A stretch of DNA of 64,000 bases from Nibricoccus sp. (GTDB taxonomy: Bacteria; Verrucomicrobiota; Verrucomicrobiia; Opitutales; Opitutaceae), in NCBI GenBank assembly GCA_047602425.1, contig JASGHG010000001.1, positions 544,001 to 608,000 of the forward strand. Reading direction: 5' to 3'. Under the pieces are notes generated by a model. It was not told where the DNA came from and searched no databases. It saw nothing but the letters and a program-made list of their open reading frames with translations. Of the stretch, positions 1 to 9,277 are shown in pieces (position 1 is the stretch's first letter; every line of letters starts with the position of its first letter). The position numbers were made by a program, and so were the translations under genes.

Positions 1-327
1 GCCCCACTGGAAGTAGGCAGCGAGAATCACCTCCGTGTCGGAAGTGCTCTTGAACTGGTGTCCCATCAGCTCCAACTCCGAGCGCAGCTCCCGGTAATTA
101 TATATTTCCCCGTTAAAGGTGATCCAATAGCGCCCATCGGCGTACGACATTGGCTGCGCTCCAGTGGCGAGGTCAATCACACTCAGCCGCGCATGGCCCA
201 ATGCGCACTCCTTGAGAATGATCGTACCGTGTGCATCAGGGCCACGATGCCGAATCGAATCCAGCATCGCCCCGAGGGCTTCCTCGTGCCTACCTTTGCG
301 GTCAACAATCGCTGCAATTCCACACAT
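1..327 (-). CDS. asnB: Asparagine synthase (glutamine-hydrolysing)-like amidotransferase, 5' part; runs off the window
   Basis: Manual translation from ATG at 327: MCGIAAIV...HRGPDA...LGHARLSVIDL..GAQPM...ITFNGEIYNYRELR...SDTEVIL, the class II glutamine amidotransferase N-terminus. Not in the ORF track because it is truncated. Confidence 0.88.
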   Translation of the reverse strand, partial: MCGIAAIVDRKGRHEEALGAMLDSIRHRGPDAHGTIILKECALGHARLSVIDLATGAQPMSYADGRYWITFNGEIYNYRELRSELELMGHQFKSTSDTEVILAAYFQWG

Positions 328-456
328 CGTCGGCGAACTTAAGCTAGTTTCTGGTCTGACCTCACAGCGAGATTCCCCTCTCCTCCGGGCTCCAATTGTC
401 TTTCATTAAGAATATGGCCCGCGATCATTTCGCAGGTGTAGATTTCATCATACCTC

Positions 457-1560
457 TCATGAATGACATTGCACAGGACTGTCTGCCTTTTTCGCCACTA
501 CATTGCCCTCTCGACTGTAAACCAACTCCATCCCCCCGGCATCCTTGAAGTACTGGTCAAACTCCTCAGGGGTGATGAAACGTTGGTAGGCATGATTGCC
601 GTAATAATCGAAGGTGTTTGTCCAAGTTGTTTTAAAGTCGGGCATGAGATCGTAATACAAAACGGTGCCGGATTTTCTCAGGAAGTAACCAAGTACCGGA
701 ACATAATTCATTGCGCCAAAAACCCCGGTCACAAACAGCAGCTTGAATCGCTCCATGCCGCTAAGCCTACTGCGCAAATATTCGTAATAGCTCGCTGTTA
801 GCCTGCGTTTCATTCTCGCCAGCCAGGACTTAATCGGTTGGCGGATGTAGTGAGCCGCCATGATTTGCCCGCCTTGTTTTAGCACCCTGCAGAGTTCCCT
901 GACCGTCTTCACCGAATCCTGCGTGTGCTGTATGACGCCCTCACAGTATACCATGTCAAACTGCTCGGATTGGAACGGCAATCTCATGATATCCGCCTGG
1001 ATTCCCACCCAGTTTGTATTTGATCTTAATTTTCGTGCAACGACTTCAATCGCCTCAGACAAATCAACGGAAACTACCGACGCTCCCAACGAAAGCATAT
1101 ATCTCGATTGATCCCCAGCGCCAGCACCGGCATCAATTACCACGCGATTGGCAAATACGGCCGGGTCCAGCCCAAACTTGTTCACGACCCGCATGCGCAA
1201 ATCCCCCTGGGTTCTCATCGCGCTATTCCAGGTCCACTGCCACCCAAAACTATCGACCGTCATGCTCTGCTGGAACGCGGCATCGCAACCAGAAACTGCT
1301 GGTGGCCTCAAGTTGTAAATTGCAAGCCAATCACGGTACTTCAACGCCAGCTCCGGTGTCAGGCGAACGATACAATCCACAATGGGATACCCTGTATCTG
1401 TTCCCTTGATGCGCATGGCACCGCTGACCGGAACGCCGCCGGGAGTGCGGGCAGACACGATAGGCTCCAACGGAACTCCGCTGAGAGGATCGCGCCATGA
1501 TATCGTATCGAATAAGCCGCGCTTGTTATCGAATATTACACTGGGGTTTGAGTCGGACAT
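457..1560 (-). CDS. Class I SAM-dependent methyltransferase with Trm112-like N-terminal segment
   Basis: VIDAGAGAG SAM motif, QADIMRLPF..FDMVYCEGVIQHT, LKQGG; N-terminal DPLSG...YPIVDCIVRL. Confidence 0.8.
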   Translation of the reverse strand: MSDSNPSVIFDNKRGLFDTISWRDPLSGVPLEPIVSARTPGGVPVSGAMRIKGTDTGYPIVDCIVRLTPELALKYRDWLAIYNLRPPAVSGCDAAFQQSMTVDSFGWQWTWNSAMRTQGDLRMRVVNKFGLDPAVFANRVVIDAGAGAGDQSRYMLSLGASVVSVDLSEAIEVVARKLRSNTNWVGIQADIMRLPFQSEQFDMVYCEGVIQHTQDSVKTVRELCRVLKQGGQIMAAHYIRQPIKSWLARMKRRLTASYYEYLRSRLSGMERFKLLFVTGVFGAMNYVPVLGYFLRKSGTVLYYDLMPDFKTTWTNTFDYYGNHAYQRFITPEEFDQYFKDAGGMELVYSREGNVVAKKADSPVQCHS

Positions 1561-1688
1561 AAGAAATGAAAAAATCTTTTCGTCGGTGATAGCCGAGGTT
1601 CATCGTTACGTGGCGGAGAGCCCTTCCAACTATTGAACATTTCCCCTCGCATGCAGTAATGCAGCTCCAGTATTTGCATCATCACACA

Positions 1689-2591
1689 CTAAACAGCCAT
1701 CCAATCTTTCGGCAAGACGCCGGAGGAATCCAGTCCCTCGACATTAACCCAGTTTTTTGGCGCCACGACCAGTTTATCTGGTTGATTAGACAACCACGCT
1801 GCCCACCAACCAAAGGTGCTGTTAGGAATGACGAAGTATCGGCATTGTCGCATGAGGTGAAGATAGGCGGAAAACCCGGGTCCTGCGTAATCGTGACCAA
1901 CGAAAACATGCGGGACCTCGAACCGGAGATTTTGCTCGCACCATTCAATTTCATCCGAAAACACATAAATTTTCTGCACTTGTCGCCGTGAGGTAACATA
2001 CTCGAGGGCGCGCGAAATGTAGTCTGTGCCCACCACACCGTGGGTGGAGTTAGTTACGAAATCTCCGCGTCGAACATTGATACATACAGAATGACACCCC
2101 GCTATTTCGGACGCTAGAGCTGATATCCTGTCATCAAAAGAAATCTTAAAAGAAAAGTCAGCCTGGATCTGAGCAGCGATGGCCTCGAAATACTTGGGAT
2201 TTTGCCAGTACCCATTGAGATAAGTGTTTTGCCCGGCCTGAAGCACTCTGTCTTCAAAAGCAAAATAGCGCCCCTCATTTAGAATCACGTATTTGTCCCA
2301 CAACGAATAGAGATTAAGCGTCCTCTTAGCGAAGAGCCTGAGCCGGTGACTACGCTTGGCACTATAGGTTGGAAGCGTCGGGTCGAGTTCGCGATCAAGC
2401 GATCTCGCAACAATATTGAACATTTGTAATGCGTATTCCCGCTTTACGAACTGGGGTTCGTCTTTGGGAACATATTCAAAATAAGTCGTATCGAGAACAA
2501 GCTCGGTGCTATTTCGGATGGCGAGATGCCTACCCAAAGCATATTGGAACATTTGATTCCCAAGACCACCCTGTAGTCGCATACAGATCAT
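1689..2591 (-). CDS. Alpha-1,2-fucosyltransferase-like glycosyltransferase (GT11)
   Basis: GGLGNQMFQYA, GYWQ, NVRRGDF, FSDEIEWC, NSTFGWWAAWL motifs; start moved to MICMRL. Confidence 0.9.
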   Translation of the reverse strand: MICMRLQGGLGNQMFQYALGRHLAIRNSTELVLDTTYFEYVPKDEPQFVKREYALQMFNIVARSLDRELDPTLPTYSAKRSHRLRLFAKRTLNLYSLWDKYVILNEGRYFAFEDRVLQAGQNTYLNGYWQNPKYFEAIAAQIQADFSFKISFDDRISALASEIAGCHSVCINVRRGDFVTNSTHGVVGTDYISRALEYVTSRRQVQKIYVFSDEIEWCEQNLRFEVPHVFVGHDYAGPGFSAYLHLMRQCRYFVIPNSTFGWWAAWLSNQPDKLVVAPKNWVNVEGLDSSGVLPKDWMAV

Positions 2592-2819
2592 TGAAATATT
2601 GTCATATGTCGAGAATATGCATGATTCCAGTAGGCCGCCAACTCTCGCAAAACGAAACCAACGCACTTACATATCGCGGACGGTAAAAGACGACTGAAAC
2701 CACGTTACAGATATTGGAGGCTGATCGATGATCAATGCTTTCAACGCATCGCGCTACGATCGACGTATGCTCGATTTGTTTGTCGGTCGCACTGGATTCA
2801 TATTAGCTAGAGGAGACAA

Positions 2820-3491
2820 CTAGACCCGTAAGGTCCAACTATCCCACAGAAATTTGTAATGGTATACCGATTTGTGGGTTCTCGATAATTGCTCGCCAAT
2901 TTTTTCCATCCGAGTTTCTGAATCGCTGCTCAAGTCGTGAAATTGCACCTGGATGTTACGAATCATGTTAATTTTTCGGCTAGAAATCAACCGCTCCAAC
3001 AATTCATACTCACCGCCTTCGATATTTATTTTAATCAAGTCAATAAAAGCGATATTTTCGTCATTCAGCCACTCAACGACGTCCACAATTCTAATGGATT
3101 CAAACGAATCTGATTTTCGGAAAATGGAGCTACCGTCCGCGGCTATTGCGATTCGCTCATCACGTGTTTTTCCTCCTAACCCACACCGAACTATCTTTAT
3201 GTCCAAATTTCGTCTAAAGCGCTTCTCTATATAATTTGCAAAAGCGTTTACTGGCTCGAAAACGACAATTTTGCAACGATACATCGAATATAGATCGCTG
3301 GCCCATTGACCACGATAGCCACCAAGATCTAAAACGTATGCGTTTTCACTCAGCTCGTAATTAAACCGAAGCTGGTCGTCGCCACCATCCTTTTTCCAAC
3401 GTTCGACAGTACGGTCAAACTTCGTGGGAAGGACACGTTTCCTTATTTCTCTAAGGACAATGCTAATAATATTTATATAACGCATTCTCAT
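2820..3491 (-). CDS. FkbM family methyltransferase
   Basis: VLDLGGYRG, VFEP, IDLIKINIEGGEYELL, IQVQFH. Confidence 0.85.
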   Translation of the reverse strand: MRMRYINIISIVLREIRKRVLPTKFDRTVERWKKDGGDDQLRFNYELSENAYVLDLGGYRGQWASDLYSMYRCKIVVFEPVNAFANYIEKRFRRNLDIKIVRCGLGGKTRDERIAIAADGSSIFRKSDSFESIRIVDVVEWLNDENIAFIDLIKINIEGGEYELLERLISSRKINMIRNIQVQFHDLSSDSETRMEKIGEQLSRTHKSVYHYKFLWDSWTLRV

Positions 3492-3733
3492 TAATTAAAT
3501 CTATTTTTGCGGTCGATGAATTGCGAGGTTTGAGTCTCAGGCATCAATATGACCGGAAATCGGGAGACTACGCGGTTTGTTTTATTCGGCGCTACTATGA
3601 CGACATTATCAAATAATATACAGTCACAATTGAACTTTTTATTTAAAATATACTGACGAAGTTCGGCTATTTTCGGGTAGCCTCCTGTTCTGGTGAGGTC
3701 AGACGCATCATCGATTAGCAGAACGTACTTCAT
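3491..3733 (-). pseudogene. Short ORF, possibly the C-terminal remnant of a polysaccharide-locus protein
   Basis: 80 aa starting abruptly at VLLIDDA...YPKIAELRQY; no upstream in-frame ATG before a stop. Resemblance to a longer family is from memory only. Confidence 0.3.
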
Positions 3734-3812
3734 AACGGAGGAGGATAGGTTTTGCCTGCTTCGAATGATATAGTTGACAACTAATATAGCGACGAGCTTT
3801 AGCGTCCTAACT

Positions 3813-5298
3813 TTAGGACCAAGAGCTGATTAAAGTACGCACATGTGGCAATGTACCTCCAGTTGCGATAAGAGCGATTGCTCCGACCAGTACGAGCCAG
3901 CTCGCAACAACCAGTTGTGAAGACGAGGCGGAAGGACTCACGACGAAGCCGCAGATACAAATCGTAAAAGCCGTGACCGCTGGCACGGCAACATCCCGCC
4001 AATACCATGCATCCCGATCCTCCACGAAATACCGCCGAAAATAAGCCGGCACCATAAAAACTATGTATGTACTGTTTAGCACGATCCACGCGACCGCTGC
4101 ACCAACACCTTGATATTTGTAGGTAAGCCCAATTATAAGAGGCACCACAATGATTGCTTGTACCGCGTTTGTATAAGTAATTAATTGAGGCCAGCCGAAA
4201 GCCGATGCGCTATAACCTGGAACAGAAGCCATTCCGTTAATCATGGTGCCGCATACCAGCAAACTAACAATCAGATGACAATGCTGGACAATGGCAGGAT
4301 CGTGAAGCCAAAGGGACAATATTTCTTTGGAAAAAACTATAATCAGCGCACACGCCGGAAATAGAAACAAAGACAAGAGCTGCGATGTACGGTGGAAAAA
4401 CAGACGTAGCTCTTCGGGTTGCGATAGTTCATGGAGTTGCACGAACCGGGGAAAGATTGCGCTGTTAAATGGCAATATGATCATCCAAATGGTAGATCCA
4501 ACCGTACCGGCCAGCGTATAGTAGCCAAACATTTCCAACGACAGCATTCGGCTCAAAATAACCTTATCTAGCTGATTAAGTATAATTCCGATGATGGCAT
4601 TAGCAGAAACGGCGGCTGCATACTTCCAAACCCCGCGAAATACCGCTATGTCAAATCGAGCCGCCTGACCTTGCGCGGGTAGGCTGCGCCAAGTTGCGAC
4701 CAGGAAAATCCCGCTGCCGACTACCCCAGATACAATCTGCCAACCGAGAAATGTCTCAATGGTCGGGGCAACAAGCCACAGCACCACAATAGCTCCCGCA
4801 CCGCGCAAAGTCCCGACGACTATCAGAATTGCATTGACCAGGACTTGACGCTGCAAAGTCCATCAACCCTCCCTGATAAAACGAAATTGGAAACTGCAGC
4901 GCAACTGAGATTCCCATTAACCGGATTGCTTGTAGCACCGAGTGCCCCCCTAGGTTCTGGGCCTTTATCCAATGGTTGCTGATATACGGAGCGAGAATCA
5001 CAACCAACGCTCCGGCAAAAACGGCAATTCCCCAATAAACTACCTCCAGTGTCCTGACCAGATTCCTTTGCTCACCTCCCGAATCGCCATTTACCGAAAG
5101 ACGTGCCAGTTCTCGGTTCATGGTCGCGCCAATCCCAAAATCCAAGACTCCAAGGACGCTGCTCAAGCCCATATAGAAACCAATTAAACCGTAGGCTTCG
5201 ATACCAATGAAGTGCAGGTAAGCCGGAACACACACAAGACTGAGGCCAGCTCCCCAGATCCGACCAATATAATTGGCGATTAGATTACGTCCGAGCAT
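3813..5298 (-). pseudogene. wzx: Wzx-type oligosaccharide flippase, frameshifted near 4855-4860
   Basis: ORF 4756-5298 carries the N-terminus (GIEAYGLIGF...LDFGIG). ORF 3813-4856 continues the same membrane protein (QRQVLVN...QLDKVILSRMLSLEMFGYY). The frames join at ...YQGGLM|LQRQV. Confidence 0.8.
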
Positions 5299-5364
5299 AG
5301 CTTAATTTTTTCACGCCTATGTGCCCAAACTACCTTAGTGATATAGGTGTCACGATCTATCTAG

Positions 5365-6444
5365 TCAAAGTTGAATGTCTTTCAACCAGGACCGATTATC
5401 ACAATGCCAATCAACAGTGCGTTGGAACCCGTCGGCTGCGATTATTTCCGGAGACCACCCTAACAGTCGCTTGGCTTTACTGATGTCCGCCCATGTTTCC
5501 TTAATATCTGCTATATGAAATGGCTTACCATCAATCATAGCCTTTTTCTTCAATGAATTCTCAATAAATTGGATCACTGCCTGAAGCGTGATCGGATTAC
5601 GGCCACCCCCAAGATTAATTATTTCATAACCCAGCGGTCTCGCGGCCAAGATTGTTCCTTTGGCAATATCATCAACAAAAGTGAAATCGCGTGATTGCAA
5701 ACCGTCTCCAAATAGCTCCAGCCTTACGCCTTCATCAATCCATTTTATAAAACGAAAAATACTCATATCCGGCCTTCCTGCCGGGCCAAATACAGTGAAA
5801 TATCGCACCACCGAAATATCGAGCCCGTATAGTTTGTGATAACTATAAGCCATAAGCTCGGCTGCTTTTTTGGCTGCAGCATAAGGCGAAAGCGGCGTAT
5901 TGACCGACAAGTCTTCTGTAAACGGCATTTTACAACCTGCGTACAAAGATGAGGTCGAAGCCAAGACCTGCTTCTTGACCGAGTATTTCCGTTGGCATTC
6001 GAGCAGATTAAGAGTGCCTTCCGTATTGGTGGACAAAAACACATACGGGTTCTCCATGCTCGCCCGCACTCCGGCTCGGGCTGCGAGATTGAAAATAGCA
6101 TCAAAGTGAAACTCTTGAAATAGAAATTCCAGCGCCTCCAGATTCTCGATATCTATATACCTAAACGTGAATTTATCATGAGAGAAGCCCCCTCCTTTTG
6201 CGAAGAAAGAATGTTTGGAGCCACAGCTTGCTTTCCAATGCTCGTTGTCAAGAAGCCGGCCTAGACGATAGTCTTTCAGCCGTACATCATAGTAGTCGTT
6301 AAGGTTGTCGATTCCAACGACAGTGTGCCCAGCCGCCAAAAGGAGCTCGCACACGCGAGATGCAATAAATCCAGCAGCTCCTGTCACAAGGTATGTGCGA
6401 GGTATCTCCGATGAAATTGTAGCTATATTGTTTTTATTATTCAC
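5365..6444 (-). CDS. NAD-dependent epimerase, UDP-glucuronate 4-epimerase-like
   Basis: TGAAGFIA, DNLNDYYD, LAARAGVR, YAAAK, FTVFGPAGRPDM, RDFTFVDDI. Confidence 0.87.
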   Translation of the reverse strand: MNNKNNIATISSEIPRTYLVTGAAGFIASRVCELLLAAGHTVVGIDNLNDYYDVRLKDYRLGRLLDNEHWKASCGSKHSFFAKGGGFSHDKFTFRYIDIENLEALEFLFQEFHFDAIFNLAARAGVRASMENPYVFLSTNTEGTLNLLECQRKYSVKKQVLASTSSLYAGCKMPFTEDLSVNTPLSPYAAAKKAAELMAYSYHKLYGLDISVVRYFTVFGPAGRPDMSIFRFIKWIDEGVRLELFGDGLQSRDFTFVDDIAKGTILAARPLGYEIINLGGGRNPITLQAVIQFIENSLKKKAMIDGKPFHIADIKETWADISKAKRLLGWSPEIIAADGFQRTVDWHCDNRSWLKDIQL

Positions 6445-6545
6445 GATTATATAAATTCCAGAGGGCGACCGTTACTCACAATACTAAGAAGATTGATCGA
6501 TGGCCGTATCGGTGTGCAGGTTTAGAATCACTTTAAAAAAGGCAT

Positions 6546-7610
6546 TTATGCACAGTGCGTACGTCTCGCCCATGCTTCGACGATCTGTCGGATGGTTTCC
6601 TCGAGGGACTGAGTGATGTCCCACGACGGGTAGTGGGCGCGCATTTTGCGGAGATCCGAGTAGTAGCAAATGTGGTCGCCGATGCGGTTTTGATCGACGT
6701 AGTTGAAGATTTGCGGCTTGTCGGTGAACTTTTCGGTGATTTTGAACGCTTCGAGGATCGAGGTGCTGTTGGCTTTGCCGCCGCCGAGATTGTAGACCTC
6801 AGCCACGCGCGGGGCGTTGACGAACGCGGTCATGAACCGGGCGACGTCGAGCGAATGGATGTTATCGCGCACCTGCTTGCCCTTATATCCAAAAATCTTG
6901 TACTCGCGGCCTTCGAGATTGCACTTAACGAGGTAGCTGAGGAAACCGTGGAGTTCGACGCCGGAGTGATTTGGGCCAGTGAGACAGCCGCCACGCAAAC
7001 AGCAGGTCGGCATGTTGAAATAGCGACCGTATTCCTGGACCATCACATCAGCGGCGACTTTCGAGGCGCCGAAAAGCGAGTGTTTGGATTGGTCGATGGT
7101 GAAGGTTTCGGCGATGCCGTTTTCGTAGCCCGGATCGGCGTAATCCCAACGGGAAGGAAGTTCCTTGAGCGTGATGGAATTGGGCGCGTCGCCGTAGACC
7201 TTGTTGGTCGACATGTTCACGAAGGGCGAATCGGGGCAGGCCTGACGGGCGGCTTCGAGGAGATTGAGCGTACCAACAGCGTTGGTGTCGAAATCGTCGA
7301 AGGGAATAGCCGCGGCGCGGTCGTGCGAAGGCTGGGCGGCAGTGTGGACGATTGCGGCAGGCTTGAGCTGTTTGACCAGTGCGAGGACGCCAGCGCGGTC
7401 GCGGATGTCGAGTTCGTGATGCTGGAAACCGGGAAGCTCCTTGGCGAGGCGTTGTTGATTCCAGCGGGTGTCGCCTTGCGGTCCAAAAAAGACTGCGCGC
7501 TGATTATTGTCCACGCCGTGAACAGTGTAGCCGAGTTCGCGTGCAAAATACACGCAGACCTCGGACCCGATTAGGCCGGATGAACCAGTGACGAGCAGGG
7601 TTTTTGACAT
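6546..7610 (-). CDS. NAD-dependent epimerase/dehydratase, CDP-paratose 2-epimerase-like
   Basis: [37 protein letters not shown]; start at MSKTLL. Confidence 0.82.
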   Translation of the reverse strand: MSKTLLVTGSSGLIGSEVCVYFARELGYTVHGVDNNQRAVFFGPQGDTRWNQQRLAKELPGFQHHELDIRDRAGVLALVKQLKPAAIVHTAAQPSHDRAAAIPFDDFDTNAVGTLNLLEAARQACPDSPFVNMSTNKVYGDAPNSITLKELPSRWDYADPGYENGIAETFTIDQSKHSLFGASKVAADVMVQEYGRYFNMPTCCLRGGCLTGPNHSGVELHGFLSYLVKCNLEGREYKIFGYKGKQVRDNIHSLDVARFMTAFVNAPRVAEVYNLGGGKANSTSILEAFKITEKFTDKPQIFNYVDQNRIGDHICYYSDLRKMRAHYPSWDITQSLEETIRQIVEAWARRTHCA

Positions 7611-7697
7611 AAGAGCCAGAGAGATAGTGTTAAAGCTTCGCCCCGTCGCGTCGGGTGGGCGCAACCGGGCAATTTGTTTTCAAACTAACTGACTCGA

Positions 7698-8216
7698 TCA
7701 CTTCGTTTTTTTCTTCGGACCGAGCAGAGCAGTGAGCAGTGGCATCACGGTCGTAAACCGTTTGCGCCAAGTCTCGAGTTGCTTGGCTCTTCCCAAATAA
7801 AATTTTGAGTTCGCGGGCGATTGCTCCGCGAGGTCTTTTAGGCGCTTCAAGCGGTCCACGCCGGTGCTGGCCATTGGCGCGATGCGCTCACGTAGGACGC
7901 CGGTCACGAGCTGGCGGAGGCTGAGTTCGGGCTCGTATGCAACGCCACGCGTTGCGCCATCAGTCTGGTGAGCTTCGACGATCGCGCCGAGGGCGCGGAG
8001 GAGTTGCAGGCCTTGGCTGGTGGAGCCTTTGCTGATCTCCAAGCGCTCCATGATTTCTGTGAAGCCCAAGGGCTCAGGCGAAGCGTAGAGGAGGTCGTAG
8101 ATCTGGCCGACGGATTTTGGGACTCCGAATAGCTGCACGATTTCAGCAAAAAACGATACGCACTCGTGTTCGAAAGTGCTGGATATCGCTGTTGTTGCTG
8201 GAGTTGGAGTCGCCAC
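7698..8216 (-). CDS. GbsR/MarR-like winged-helix transcriptional regulator
   Basis: GVPKSVGQIY.LLYASPEPL...EIMERLEISKGSTSQGLQLL helix-turn-helix pattern. Confidence 0.75.
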   Translation of the reverse strand: MATPTPATTAISSTFEHECVSFFAEIVQLFGVPKSVGQIYDLLYASPEPLGFTEIMERLEISKGSTSQGLQLLRALGAIVEAHQTDGATRGVAYEPELSLRQLVTGVLRERIAPMASTGVDRLKRLKDLAEQSPANSKFYLGRAKQLETWRKRFTTVMPLLTALLGPKKKTK

Positions 8217-8351
8217 GATCGCCTAGGGAAGCGAGGAGTTCACACAGAAATGAACCTCAGTTCAAGGAAAAATGAACCTGGAACACTAAATGATGAGTTG
8301 AATATGGAACTCAGGAACGGCTGGACGGATTGCGGAGAAACATAGAAAGGA

Positions 8352-8385
8352 TTTTAACCACTGATGCACACTGATCGACACTGAT
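8352..8385 (+). repeat. 10-bp-period repeat arm (TTTTAAC-CACTGATGCA-CACTGATCGA-CACTGAT)
   Basis: Read directly; similar arms at 11339 and 15793. Confidence 0.65.
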
Positions 8386-8569
8386 GATGGATGTACTTTG
8401 CCTATACTGTTCTTCCGGTCATCCTGCGACGATCCTCCAGTGAGGTCCTGACTCAGGGCTTGTCATTCGCCGCAATATCTAAAGGTTCGCTGGCTCACGG
8501 TCACAGGACGAGCGGAGGCTGAGTATAGTCAATACGAGGGCAATGAGGAGGTCCCGGCCTTTGATATCC

Positions 8570-9100
8570 ATGGCAATCGCAACTCTCAATCCTTCCTATC
8601 CGCGCCTACGCGGCAAAGTCGGCGGTCTCGTCTTCAAGCACTACCGCGACAAAGTGGTCGTCACCCGCGCCCCTATGTTTTCAGGCAAGTGGTCGGCAAA
8701 CCAACGCACTGGACGCAACCGTTTCGCTCAAGCTTCAGCCTATGCGCGCATGGTGCAGGTCGATCCGTTGCTCCGCGAGAAATATTCTACAATCGCCGCG
8801 CAACGCGGCCTAACCATTCGCTCAGCTGCCATTTCAGCTTATTTGAAAGGTGAAGCCTCCAAAATCGAAGTATCCCGGCAACCTCACCCATGCCTGAAAC
8901 GCAAGTGCCCCAAGCTGCGGAAAAACGCCTCTCCTCTGCCAGCAATCCCAAGCCGTCATCAAGCATTGAAAACCAGCTCAGCTTTGATCCGCCGCAGGAC
9001 CAATAATGGTCGCAAGCCAAGGCGTTTATCGTATGCACAGAGTCGTTTCATAAACTCCAGGTGGCTCCTTCAGTCTCACCGATCCTGGGAGCCTGGCTGA
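8570..9100 (+). CDS. Hypothetical basic protein
   Basis: ORF fills the gap; the N-terminal LRGKVGGLVFK..RDKVVV segment looks like a real small-protein family, the C-terminal half is low-information. Confidence 0.5.
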   Translation: MAIATLNPSYPRLRGKVGGLVFKHYRDKVVVTRAPMFSGKWSANQRTGRNRFAQASAYARMVQVDPLLREKYSTIAAQRGLTIRSAAISAYLKGEASKIEVSRQPHPCLKRKCPKLRKNASPLPAIPSRHQALKTSSALIRRRTNNGRKPRRLSYAQSRFINSRWLLQSHRSWEPG

Positions 9101-9277
9101 AGAAGAGTTCACGTTCCCAAGGGCAGAAGGTTCCGCAAGGCATGCGTTGCCGTCGGTTGGTGTTGTTTGATGGTTTTGCCCGCCACTTCTTCGGCACTTC
9201 TTTTAAATACGCGTTTTCATCTGCATTTCATGCAGACTTCATCATCGCTTCACGTGACGCGCTCATGATGAAGAGCG

